Position numbers and translations under genes: made by a program | The notes under the pieces: generated by a model | Told to the model about the DNA's origin: nothing | Database searches by the model: none | The model's input: the letters and a program-made list of their open reading frames with translations, nothing else | Assembly (NCBI GenBank): GCA_964447495.1 | Contig: CAYUTF010000043.1 | Span: 1 to 26,401, forward strand | Source: an uncultured archaeon | GTDB lineage: Archaea; Asgardarchaeota; Lokiarchaeia; Sigyniarchaeales; SOKP01 | Direction: 5' to 3' | Length of the DNA: 26,401 nt | Shown: in pieces, positions 1 through 9,221 of the stretch | How positions within the stretch are numbered: position 1 is the first letter of the stretch | How the letters are laid out: the number at the start of each line of letters is the position of its first letter

Positions 1-161
1 TATTTACCCATGTAATTCCCATGATTCAATATTTCAAATAGAAACCATAAATGTAATACTAGATTCACTTTATTTTAAATTTATTTGAAATTCATCAAAA
101 GTTTTAATTGGAATTCCAAATATCATTTCAATATCGAAAATAAAAAAACATTATTCTGAAA

Positions 162-1511
162 ATGTATAAATATAGTGTGTCAATACTTGGAACGGGATTT
201 ATAGGGCTATGTTCAGCAGCCTGTTTTGCAGATAAAGAAATAAAGGTATTAGCATCAACCCATAATGAAAAAAAGGCAGCACAAATAAATAGTGGGATAG
301 CTCCTTTTTATGAGAAGGGTCTTCAAGAAATTATGAATAGATTGAAAAATAATCCCAACATTTTTCAATGTCTAACTGATCCTGTTAAAGCGGTATTAGA
401 AACGGATATCTCGATGATAACCCAAGGTACGCCTATGAGGAAGGATAAAAGTATAGATTTAAGCTATATAGAAAGTACCGCACAAGAAATTGGAGAAGCT
501 TTAAAGGAAAAAGATGGTTATCATTTAGTTGTCGTAAGATCTACTGTTGTGCCGGGTACTACTCGTAATTTAGTAGCGAAAATAATTACTGAAGTATCAG
601 GCAAAGAGCCAAGGAAGGATTATGGGCTTTGCATGCAACCTGAATTTCTTGCAGAGGGGCGATCCATAGAAGATACATTAAATCCCGATAGAATTGTTAT
701 TGGTCAATTTGATGAAAAAAGTGGCAATATGCTCCATGAAATCTATAAATATTTTTATGGTAACCATTTAGATTCATGTCCGGTCCTGAAAATGAATATT
801 GAGAGCGCTGAACTTGTAAAATATGGAAATAATTGTTTATTATCAACCAAAATAAGTTTTGCTAATGAATTTGCAAATCTTGCTCAACTTGTACCGAATG
901 TAGATATAACTGAGGTGATGAAAGGTGTTGGTTTAGATTATAGGATTAACCCTCGATTTCTGGGCGCAGGAGTTGGGTTTGGAGGATCATGCTTTCACAA
1001 AGATGTGAACGCAATTAAAGCATGGTCCAAATCTAAAGGATATACTTCAAGATTATTAGAGGCAGTCTTAGATATTAATGATGATCAAGCAATTAAGATT
1101 GTTGATATGGCAGAAGAACTCACAGGAAAACTAGCTGGAAGAAAAGTATCCCTTTTAGGACTCGCATTCAAACCAGGAACGGATGATATGAGGGAAGCAG
1201 CGAGTATTAGAGTTGTAGGTGAACTGAGAAAAAGGGGAGTAACGAAGATCATCGGTTACGATCCTAAGGCTCTTCACACTGCTGAAGTTGAATTTGGAGA
1301 TACTATTCAGTATGCTAATTCCATAGAAGAAGCACTTAAGGATTCTGAATGTGCCCTTTTGATTACAGAATGGGATGAGTTTAAACATTTAATACCAGAT
1401 GATTTTAAGAAATATATGAAAACTCCTAATGTAGTAGATGGGCGCAGAATATATGATTATAAAAAATTTATTGAAGCTTTGCCTTTCAGAGCAATAGGTC
1501 GAATTCATTAA
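162..1511 (+). CDS. ugd: UDP-glucose/GDP-mannose 6-dehydrogenase family protein
   Basis: N-terminal Rossmann GTGFIG; RSTVVPGTT; PEFLAEG; catalytic Cys in GFGGSCFHKD; C-terminal LGLAFKPGTDDMRE and DGRR motifs. Confidence 0.93.
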   Translation: MYKYSVSILGTGFIGLCSAACFADKEIKVLASTHNEKKAAQINSGIAPFYEKGLQEIMNRLKNNPNIFQCLTDPVKAVLETDISMITQGTPMRKDKSIDLSYIESTAQEIGEALKEKDGYHLVVVRSTVVPGTTRNLVAKIITEVSGKEPRKDYGLCMQPEFLAEGRSIEDTLNPDRIVIGQFDEKSGNMLHEIYKYFYGNHLDSCPVLKMNIESAELVKYGNNCLLSTKISFANEFANLAQLVPNVDITEVMKGVGLDYRINPRFLGAGVGFGGSCFHKDVNAIKAWSKSKGYTSRLLEAVLDINDDQAIKIVDMAEELTGKLAGRKVSLLGLAFKPGTDDMREAASIRVVGELRKRGVTKIIGYDPKALHTAEVEFGDTIQYANSIEEALKDSECALLITEWDEFKHLIPDDFKKYMKTPNVVDGRRIYDYKKFIEALPFRAIGRIH

Positions 1512-1562
1512 AAATAAAAATCAAATTAATTTTTTTATCTTAAAATTTGGGAAGAATTATAA

Positions 1563-2570
1563 ATGGATTCATTTGAACGAGTATTTGCTTCATTGAACAA
1601 TCGTCCCGTAGATAGACCACCAATATTTCCACATATAGGGGATCATGCAGGGATTATTCATAAGTTAACTTACGATACAATGTATAAGGATGCTAAAAAA
1701 GTAACTGAAGCCCATTTAAAAGCGTTAAAATTATATGGTTATGATTTCATAACAATACAAGTAGAGCCAAGTTTCTCCGTAGCCGAAGCATGCGGTGCAG
1801 ATGTAATCTATCCTGAAGAAAAAAATCCTTGGATCCTAAGACATTTAATTGAAACAGAAGCAGATCTTAAAAAACTTAAAATACCAGATTTTATGGCAAC
1901 TTTAAGTACAAGAACCATGATAGAAGGGACGCAGATTCTAGCAGAGAACGCCACTGTTCCGGTAGCGGCTTTTATGACTGGACCACTAACCTTTAGTCTC
2001 CAGCTTATGCCATATAAAGAAGTATTTATGCGTATTGTAAAAAACCCAGATTTCGTCCATCAACTCATTAAAAGGTCTACTCAAGTGATAAAGGCCTATA
2101 TAAAGATTTTGAAAGATGTTGGGGCTCAGATATTGGTGATATGTGAACATGATGCTCAGATGTTATCACCTAATTATGTTAAAGAATTTAGTTTAGATTA
2201 TATGCCAGAAATCCTGAAGATTTATAATTATAACATATTACATCTCTGTGGAAAAGTCACACCACATCTCAATGTTATTGCTAAATACCTTCAAAAACTC
2301 AAGAGAATCAATATATTAAATATTGGTCCATATGTAAATATTTCAGAGACTCAAAAATTGCTTGATTACAAGATAGGGATTGCAGGTAATATTGATCATG
2401 TTAGATTGCTTCCAAGGGGTCATCCAACAGAAATTGAAACAACAGTTCATGCTGCTATAAAGGCTAGTGGTGGTGATTTTCGCTTTATGGTTGCTCCAGG
2501 ATGTGAAATCACTGCTGATACACCTATAGAAAACATTAAAGCATTTGTACATGCTGTCGAAACTTATTAG
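1563..2570 (+). CDS. MtaA/CmuA-family (UROD-fold) methylcobamide:thiol methyltransferase-like protein
   Basis: N-terminal ERV..L...PVDRPP; EACGA; GPLT; Zn-ligand pattern H-x-C (ILHLCG) plus distal Cys (APGCEI); GNID; TPIENIKA ending. Confidence 0.82.
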   Translation: MDSFERVFASLNNRPVDRPPIFPHIGDHAGIIHKLTYDTMYKDAKKVTEAHLKALKLYGYDFITIQVEPSFSVAEACGADVIYPEEKNPWILRHLIETEADLKKLKIPDFMATLSTRTMIEGTQILAENATVPVAAFMTGPLTFSLQLMPYKEVFMRIVKNPDFVHQLIKRSTQVIKAYIKILKDVGAQILVICEHDAQMLSPNYVKEFSLDYMPEILKIYNYNILHLCGKVTPHLNVIAKYLQKLKRINILNIGPYVNISETQKLLDYKIGIAGNIDHVRLLPRGHPTEIETTVHAAIKASGGDFRFMVAPGCEITADTPIENIKAFVHAVETY

Positions 2571-2630
2571 TTTAATTCATCCTATTTTATGAGAATATAG
2601 GTTAAGTTTCCTATTAATAAAATATTAAGA

Positions 2631-2684
2631 GAAGATATTTATATTCTACAAATTTTGAAATGCTAGTTGCTTTAATAAAAGCAA
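2631..2684 (+). promoter_or_regulatory. Putative archaeal promoter (TTTATA at 2638-2643) followed by a 7-4-7 inverted repeat at 2667-2684
   Basis: Purine-rich stretch then TTTATATT; TTGCTTT-aata-AAAGCAA lies about 25 nt downstream, where the transcription start would be expected; SD-like AAGGTG precedes the ATG at 2713. Confidence 0.45.
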
Positions 2685-2712
2685 TAAAACAATTTTACAA
2701 AGGTGTCGATTA

Positions 2713-3351
2713 ATGAGTTTAGAAGAAATATCTAAAGCAATAACGAATTTAGAAGAAGAGAAAGTTTTAAAATTAGTTAAAGAAAAACTTGATAGTCACG
2801 AGGATCCCATTAAAATATTAGATGCTTGTAGAAGAGGTATGGCAAAAATCGGTAGTGAGTCTGGTGAAGGAGGTACGGTATTTCTAACAGATTTAATTAT
2901 GGCTGGAGAAATATTCAAGGAAGCCATGGAAATACTAATGCCAAAATTGGTAGGTTCTACTACGAAGAGTTTAGGAAAAGTTATTATAGGAACTGTTGAA
3001 GGGGATATTCATAATATAGGGAAAGACATTGCTATTAATTTTTTGAAAGCTGAAGGTTTTGAGGTTATCGATTTGGGTGTGAATGTTCCTGCTCAAAAAT
3101 TTATCGATGCAATAAAAGAAAATAACCCTCCTGTAGTAGGGATGAGTGGATTACTAACATTATCAATAGAACCAATGAAAAAAACTATAGAAGCAATATC
3201 TAATGCAAATTTAAGAGGAAAAGTAAAGGTGATAATTGGAGGAGAAAGAACCGATCAAAATGTTTGCGATTATGTAGGAGCGGATGCTTGGGTAAATGAT
3301 GTAAATAAAGGTGTAAAAATAATAAAAAATTGGATGGAGGTCGAGTCTTAA
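2713..3351 (+). CDS. Corrinoid (cobalamin-binding) protein of a methyltransferase system (MtaC/MtbC/MtoC-like)
   Basis: B12 cap domain (FLTDLIMAGEIF) followed by GTVEGDIHNIGK (DxHxxG), VGMSGLL and IIGG motifs. Confidence 0.93.
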   Translation: MSLEEISKAITNLEEEKVLKLVKEKLDSHEDPIKILDACRRGMAKIGSESGEGGTVFLTDLIMAGEIFKEAMEILMPKLVGSTTKSLGKVIIGTVEGDIHNIGKDIAINFLKAEGFEVIDLGVNVPAQKFIDAIKENNPPVVGMSGLLTLSIEPMKKTIEAISNANLRGKVKVIIGGERTDQNVCDYVGADAWVNDVNKGVKIIKNWMEVES

Positions 3352-3352
3352 A

Positions 3353-4609
3353 ATGGATAATAGTGAAGAAATTTATAAAGCGAAGTTAGAACGATTAGAA
3401 ACTACCACAGCGGTGAAAGAACCTGATAGAGTCCCAATAGCGATAAACACTACTTATTTTCCAGCAAAATACGCAGGAATAAGTTATCATGAAATGTTCT
3501 ATAATAATAAAAAATATATAGAAGCTATGGCAAAATTCGCAAGAGATTTTAATTGGGATGCGTATAATTCCCTTCGATCATTTGAAACTGTTCCTCTTGG
3601 CTTAGCTTTAGCGGGATATGATCCCGATTTAGCTATTGGTGCCGCAGTTTCTTCTGTCTTAGCTGGAGGTATGGCACATGATATTTTACATGACGTCTAT
3701 TCTTCAAATCCTGGTAGAGAAGTAGGAGAAAATGTTGAATCCCAATTTGTTATAGACACACCGGTCATGAATGCCAATGAATATGATGACCTAATAAAGC
3801 AACCCTTCGAATATCTCATGAAAACAGTTATACCCAGAGCATATAAAAATCTAGCAAATTTAGATTCTCCCACGGGAGTGGGTACACTATTGAAAATGGG
3901 TCAGGAAATAGCGAAATTTCCGGCTTTTTTCACTGAATTTATTGGAAGAATGAAACAAGAAGCTTGGCTTCCATGGTACTTAGCTTTAACTCCAAACCCA
4001 TTGGATTTTATTGGAGCATGGTTAAGAGATTTCGATACACTAACTTTAGATCTTTATAGAATGCCTGATAAAGTAAAAGCTGCCTGTAAAACATTAGCTC
4101 CAGTCTTAGCGGCTGTAGGAAAATTAACGGGTAAAATTTCACAAGATACAACAGGTTCTCGTAGAGTATTCTGTCCTACTTGGTATAATACATATTTATC
4201 TCCTGAACAGTATAGGGAATTTCATCTGCCTTATATAAAGATAATCGTAAATGAATTAGTTGAAGCGGGTTTTACACCTCTTTTATGCTTCCAAGGCCGT
4301 ATGGATCATTTATTAGACACTCTTAAGGAATTTCCTGAAAAGAAAGTCATTCTTTGGTTTGACAAAACGGACTTATCTAAAGTAAAAGAAGTTGTAGGAG
4401 ATAAATACTGCATTGCGGGTGGAGTTTTATCATCACTCCTTATTAGCGGAACGCCCAACTTAATCAAAAAGCATATAAAAGAAACAATAGATAAGTACAA
4501 GTCAAATGGAGGCTATATCGTTACGACTGAATTTAATGGTATGGGCGATGCTAAATTAGAAAACGTAAAAGCGATGACTGAAGCCGTAATGGAATATGGA
4601 AAATACTAA
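3353..4609 (+). CDS. UROD/MetE-like fold methyltransferase, probable substrate:corrinoid methyltransferase (MT1)
   Basis: KEPDRVPI N-terminal motif; WLR.FD....DLYRMPDKV; LSPEQYREF..PY; CIAGG; AKLENVKAM.EAV.EYGKY ending. Starts 2 nt after the corrinoid gene stop, with GGAGG upstream. Confidence 0.78.
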   Translation: MDNSEEIYKAKLERLETTTAVKEPDRVPIAINTTYFPAKYAGISYHEMFYNNKKYIEAMAKFARDFNWDAYNSLRSFETVPLGLALAGYDPDLAIGAAVSSVLAGGMAHDILHDVYSSNPGREVGENVESQFVIDTPVMNANEYDDLIKQPFEYLMKTVIPRAYKNLANLDSPTGVGTLLKMGQEIAKFPAFFTEFIGRMKQEAWLPWYLALTPNPLDFIGAWLRDFDTLTLDLYRMPDKVKAACKTLAPVLAAVGKLTGKISQDTTGSRRVFCPTWYNTYLSPEQYREFHLPYIKIIVNELVEAGFTPLLCFQGRMDHLLDTLKEFPEKKVILWFDKTDLSKVKEVVGDKYCIAGGVLSSLLISGTPNLIKKHIKETIDKYKSNGGYIVTTEFNGMGDAKLENVKAMTEAVMEYGKY

Positions 4610-4619
4610 ATGACTTAAA

Positions 4620-4636
4620 TTTCTTTTTTTTTATTT
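4620..4636 (+). terminator. Oligo-T archaeal terminator after the methyltransferase operon
   Basis: tttctttttttttattt just after the stop at 4609, between convergent genes. Confidence 0.5.
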
Positions 4637-4640
4637 AATC

Positions 4641-5213
4641 TTATTTAAAACAAGCTAAACCAAATCTATAGGAATATTTATTAGAAGGGTATTCAATATC
4701 AATTAATTGTTTCTTCTTTAACTCACGAACTGTTGAGATTACATCAATACCCACAGATTCCATAGAATATCGCATTTCTTTTGGAAAACGACATGGCTCA
4801 CCATTATCGTAGGAGCAAGCTCCTAAATCTTGAATTTTACAATATTTACAGGTTCCATCATATAGAAAGAGTCGTTTTTTGTATTCTTCTTTATATTGGG
4901 AAATGAATTTGTTAAATTCTTCTTCCAGATCAAGAGATTCCATACTTTTTGTGAGTAAAAATGTATTTTTAATATAAAATTCTGACCGTTTAGTTCTTTC
5001 CTTTTCTTTCTTAATATACTCTTCTAAATCAAAAAGAGAGTAAACTAAATAAAATTCTTTATAAGTTGATAACGCTTTCTCAAGATAAGGAGAATTTGGA
5101 GGGCAACTCCATGAATGCCCATAAAAAGGACATTGAAAGCTTGTTGAGACACACATTTCCTGAACTTTCGGATCGAAATAAATATCTTCATATTTGATTT
5201 GAATAACAGGCAT
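4641..5213 (-). CDS. DUF2284-family Cys-rich predicted metal-binding protein
   Basis: C....CPFYGHSWSCPP, GTCKYC....C....CRFP...RYSMESVGIDV pattern typical of DUF2284. Confidence 0.8.
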   Translation of the reverse strand: MPVIQIKYEDIYFDPKVQEMCVSTSFQCPFYGHSWSCPPNSPYLEKALSTYKEFYLVYSLFDLEEYIKKEKERTKRSEFYIKNTFLLTKSMESLDLEEEFNKFISQYKEEYKKRLFLYDGTCKYCKIQDLGACSYDNGEPCRFPKEMRYSMESVGIDVISTVRELKKKQLIDIEYPSNKYSYRFGLACFK

Positions 5214-5567
5214 TTTTTGAGATCAATTCCTATAAAATTTCAATAGTAAAAATATAAAATAACAATCCCAATATCTATTTCTGGTAAATTATAAGGAATT
5301 TTAAATTTTCTTCTTACGAAATATTAGGAGTTGAATATTATTAATTTTTAATTTAATTTAAGTAATAAAAAAAGAAGAAAACTCACTTAGATTCTGGTTT
5401 ATATTCATTAAGTACTCTATTTGCTTTCTATATTTCATCCATTTAATTAATTAAGGAGTATATTGTTAAAATTTGTAATAAATAAAAATTAAATAATAAA
5501 TTCTCTTAATAATTAATATTTAATCAAAAACCTACAAAATCTTATTTTAAACAAAGTGATTTTTATT

Positions 5568-6548
5568 ATGCCAATTGAAAAGACTCTAAGTGATTACTTT
5601 GATACTATCGGTCGTGATGATATTTTAACTGGTGGAATCAAAATGATACCCATCCAGACTCAATTCGGAAAATTTAAAGTCTGGACTAAAAGGATCGGAA
5701 ATAATCCTACAATTAAAATACTTCTCTTACATGGAGGGCCTGGTGCAACCCACGAATATCTTGAATGTTTTGATAGCTACTTTCCAGCAGAGGGATTTGA
5801 ATATTACTACTATGACCAGTTGGGATCCTATTATAGTGACCAACCTAAAGAACCCGGTTTATGGGAGACATCCAGATTTGGTGAGGAAGTAGAGCAGGTT
5901 AGAAAAGCCCTAAAATTAAACAAATCAAACTTCTACCTGTTAGGGCAATCTTGGGGTGGTATACTAGCAGTTGAGTATGCTCTGAAATATCAGGATAATC
6001 TCAAGGCTCTAGTTATCTCCAATATGATGATGAGCGCCCCGGCTTATGGAAAATATGCTAGTCAAGTACTAGGGCCTAAACTTAATCCCAAAGTATTAGC
6101 TGAAATTAAGGAGTTGGAAGCCAAAGGAGATTTTGATAATCCTCGTTACATGGAGTTATTGCTGCCTAATTATTATGCTGAACATTTTGTTCGTATACCA
6201 GTTGATCAGTGGCCAGACCCTATTAATCGAACGTTCAAACACCTTAATCAAGATGTCTATGTACCAATGCAGGGACCTAGTGAATTTGGTGTAAGTGGAA
6301 AGTTAGAAAATTGGGATAGAATCTCTGATTTGCCAAAAATAAAAATACCTACATTAGTAATCGGAGCTACTCACGATACTATGGATCCAGAACATATGAG
6401 ATGGGTATCAACCCAAGTACAACAGGGACAATTTCTATTATGCCCCAATGGTAGCCATTGTGCCTTTTATGACGATCAAAAGATATATTTCGATGGATTA
6501 ATAAAATTTATCAAAGATGTAGATCAAGGAACAATTTCTTCTAGGTAA
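5568..6548 (+). CDS. pip: Proline iminopeptidase / proline-specific peptidase (alpha/beta hydrolase, S33)
   Basis: LLHGGPG, YDQLGS, nucleophile GQSWGG, Asp in HDTM, His in GSH. I prefer the ATG at 5568 to the track's GTG at 5556. Confidence 0.9.
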   Translation: MPIEKTLSDYFDTIGRDDILTGGIKMIPIQTQFGKFKVWTKRIGNNPTIKILLLHGGPGATHEYLECFDSYFPAEGFEYYYYDQLGSYYSDQPKEPGLWETSRFGEEVEQVRKALKLNKSNFYLLGQSWGGILAVEYALKYQDNLKALVISNMMMSAPAYGKYASQVLGPKLNPKVLAEIKELEAKGDFDNPRYMELLLPNYYAEHFVRIPVDQWPDPINRTFKHLNQDVYVPMQGPSEFGVSGKLENWDRISDLPKIKIPTLVIGATHDTMDPEHMRWVSTQVQQGQFLLCPNGSHCAFYDDQKIYFDGLIKFIKDVDQGTISSR

Positions 6549-6618
6549 ATACTTCGAGTATATCCTATACTATATTTTTGTAATGGTACCTAAAAACATC
6601 AAAAATAAAACTTATTCA

Positions 6619-7458
6619 TTATTTAGATCCAAGAATTTTGCTGATTTTATTTAACCGTGTTTCCCTTGATAATCTATTTTGAATTGGATGATGATCTCCG
6701 TATAGCGCTTTGTGGTAAACTTGTTCACTGGCTTGATAAAAAGTTCCTAGTGTAAACTTAGAAGCTTTTCGAGCAATAGTTAATGCTTCCTCTTTTGTTT
6801 CGGGTTTTTTATCAAGAAACGTTACTTTATCCCTATACTCTGCCCATTCATGATAAGGAACCGCAGGCTGCAATACTTCTATAAACGAAAAACCCTCATG
6901 TTCTATGGCCTGAACCATTGTATCAGTTAAATGCTTGATTTCTCCAGAAAAACATCTTGCAACAAAAGTAGCTCCTGCTTCGATCATCAATGATATGGCA
7001 TTAAAAGGTTTTTCAAAACTTCCTCTAGGAGTTGATGGACCGTCCCAGCCCTTTTCAGTGAGGGGTGAGAATTGCCCCGTAGTCAATGCATATACACTAT
7101 TATTATGTAATATCATTGTAATATCTTGGTTTCGCTTTGCTGCAAACAGAGTATGTGCTAAACCCTCTCCTAATCCGTTTCCATCACCAGAAAAGGTGAT
7201 AACTTTTAACGAAGGATTAGCTATTTTGATACCCTGTGCCGTTGCAGCATCTCTTCCATGAAGGGAATATAATCCGCTTACGTTCAAATAATCAAAGATC
7301 TTGGCGTGACAACCTATCCCTGCCGTCATAACAAGGTTTTCCCGTTTTACATCCTTCTCTTCTAACCTAGTAATAGCATTTCTTATCGCAGTAAATATTC
7401 CAAAATTACCGCATCCAGGACACCATGTGATATCGGCATTTGTTTTTAATTCAGACAT
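6619..7458 (-). CDS. korB: 2-oxoacid:ferredoxin oxidoreductase beta subunit
   Basis: WCPGCG, GIGC, LHGR, TPP-binding GDG...NN, TTGQFSP. Substrate specificity cannot be determined from sequence. Confidence 0.9.
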   Translation of the reverse strand: MSELKTNADITWCPGCGNFGIFTAIRNAITRLEEKDVKRENLVMTAGIGCHAKIFDYLNVSGLYSLHGRDAATAQGIKIANPSLKVITFSGDGNGLGEGLAHTLFAAKRNQDITMILHNNSVYALTTGQFSPLTEKGWDGPSTPRGSFEKPFNAISLMIEAGATFVARCFSGEIKHLTDTMVQAIEHEGFSFIEVLQPAVPYHEWAEYRDKVTFLDKKPETKEEALTIARKASKFTLGTFYQASEQVYHKALYGDHHPIQNRLSRETRLNKISKILGSK

Positions 7459-7459
7459 T

Positions 7460-9121
7460 TTATTTGAGAACCTCCTTTATCCTTTTTGATAATTCGATTG
7501 GATCAAAAGGTCGCCCATCATACTTTTTTATAGTATCTCTAACAGACAATCCCGCTTTTTCTTTTATAAGTGTAGTAAATTGTCCCGTAGAGCTTTGTTC
7601 AATAACAATATTATCTTGATTCTTATAATCCACTAATTCCCATACTGGGAATGGATTTAAAAAGATAGGCTGAATTATAGTAGGATTAAGTTTGCTATAT
7701 TTGAGAGCTTCTAAAACACTCATATAAGTCGATCCATAAGTAATGATATTTGAATTCATATCCCCTCGCATAATATTCACTGTTTTTCTTTGTTTTAATT
7801 CTTTAACAAGCGCATCTATCTTTTTTCCTCGTTTATTGTGCATTTTGGTAATAAGATGTGGTTTTTCAGTAGTTATCCCTCGTTCATCATGTTCATAGCT
7901 GTTCCACTTAATTACTTCTTTAGAAGGTGGAAAGAGCATAGGAGATATGCCATCTTCAGTATCAAGATACCGCATATAGGTTCCAGCATTATGCATTTTT
8001 GGCTCAGCCCACTTTGCTTGATTGGTTTGTATCTCAACAGTCATACTGCTTTCTGATAAATGTTTTTCAGTGAGAAGTATTCCCGGGGTTTGAAATTTCC
8101 ATACTAAATCTAACATTTCAGAAGCTAGATAATATGCTTCCTCTATTGTGCCAGGTGATGCTACAATTCGTAGAAAATCCCCATGCCCCGCAGTAAGAGC
8201 ATACGATAAGTCTGCTTGTTCTGTATAAGTTGGTACACCTGTCGCGGGACCGGGTCTCTGAGATAAAACAACAAGCAAAGGCGTCTCTGTCATACCTGCA
8301 AGAGAATATCCTTCGGTCATTAAGGCAAAACCACCTCCGCTTGTCCCTACCATGGATCTAGCACCACTAAATGAAGAGCCTATCGCCATATTTATAACGG
8401 CTAATTCGCTTTCAGCATGTACAACTGCTAAACCAAAATTTTCTGCTTGTTTAGCGAGAAAGTGTAATATGGAGGATGCTGGAGTCATAGGATACCCATA
8501 GTATACATCCAAACCACCTGCAATAGCTCCCAAACTGATTGCTTCGTTCCCTGTTATAATAGGGCTTTCCTTCTCTCCTTTATTTAAATTAAATTTGTTG
8601 CCGCACTCAGGATATACCATATCATAAATTGTATTTGCATATGCAATATTATCCTTAATGCCGCTCGGATATTCATTTTTAATAATTTGGTTCAATTCCT
8701 CTTTTTTAAATCCAATTACTGCTGCTAAAATTGCTACAGCACCGACTCCAATCATTAAGCTTTTCATGGGATATTTATTAGCTTCAGAAGACAACGGTAT
8801 GCCAATCCCTTTATCTAATTCTTGTTCATCTGAATTATAGACAAATATACTATCTTCAGCACGATCGTTTAGGTGGAGATCACTGCTTCTTTTATCAAAA
8901 TTCACGATTAAATTTGCGTTCATATAATGGCTGCTTATCCATCGCGTTGAAGTGGAAACCACAGCAAAATTATGCCCACCCCTTATTAGGGACATATAAT
9001 CATCAAGTTGAAAGATATATCTGCCTAAATCAGAAAAAATATGAGCCGCAACTGATCCTGCTTTTTTAACACCTTCTCCAGCTTTACCGCCCACCAAGAA
9101 AGTAAAGACATCTCTAACCAT
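7460..9121 (-). CDS. korA: 2-oxoacid:ferredoxin oxidoreductase alpha subunit (gamma-alpha fusion)
   Basis: GGKAGEG and IRGGHN (gamma domain); GNEA, YPMTPAS, ESELA, TSGGGF, QRPGPATG.PT..EQ; YDGRPF. Coupled to the beta gene. Confidence 0.92.
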   Translation of the reverse strand: MVRDVFTFLVGGKAGEGVKKAGSVAAHIFSDLGRYIFQLDDYMSLIRGGHNFAVVSTSTRWISSHYMNANLIVNFDKRSSDLHLNDRAEDSIFVYNSDEQELDKGIGIPLSSEANKYPMKSLMIGVGAVAILAAVIGFKKEELNQIIKNEYPSGIKDNIAYANTIYDMVYPECGNKFNLNKGEKESPIITGNEAISLGAIAGGLDVYYGYPMTPASSILHFLAKQAENFGLAVVHAESELAVINMAIGSSFSGARSMVGTSGGGFALMTEGYSLAGMTETPLLVVLSQRPGPATGVPTYTEQADLSYALTAGHGDFLRIVASPGTIEEAYYLASEMLDLVWKFQTPGILLTEKHLSESSMTVEIQTNQAKWAEPKMHNAGTYMRYLDTEDGISPMLFPPSKEVIKWNSYEHDERGITTEKPHLITKMHNKRGKKIDALVKELKQRKTVNIMRGDMNSNIITYGSTYMSVLEALKYSKLNPTIIQPIFLNPFPVWELVDYKNQDNIVIEQSSTGQFTTLIKEKAGLSVRDTIKKYDGRPFDPIELSKRIKEVLK

Positions 9122-9221
9122 TCTTTTTCTCCCCTTATTATAAAATATTCATGATAACTATTAATGAGATTTGTAATAGAGGCTATTTAAAAATATGTCT
9201 TATAAGTTTTAAAAGTGTTAT

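Noticed and set aside
1-22. Start of a divergent minus-strand gene at the left edge (ATG at 22 or 11)
   Set aside because: Seven codons or fewer are visible; cannot be supported from this window.
1563-4609. Pyrrolysine readthrough in the methyltransferases
   Set aside because: The TAG at 2568-2570 falls at the natural family C-terminus and is followed two codons later by TAA; these are not MttB/MtbB/MtmB-family proteins.
5214-5567. Small ORF, ncRNA or TTAATTAATTAA palindrome in the long intergenic gap
   Set aside because: Only a ~26-codon minus-strand ORF without support; A/T-only palindromes are expected by chance at this composition.
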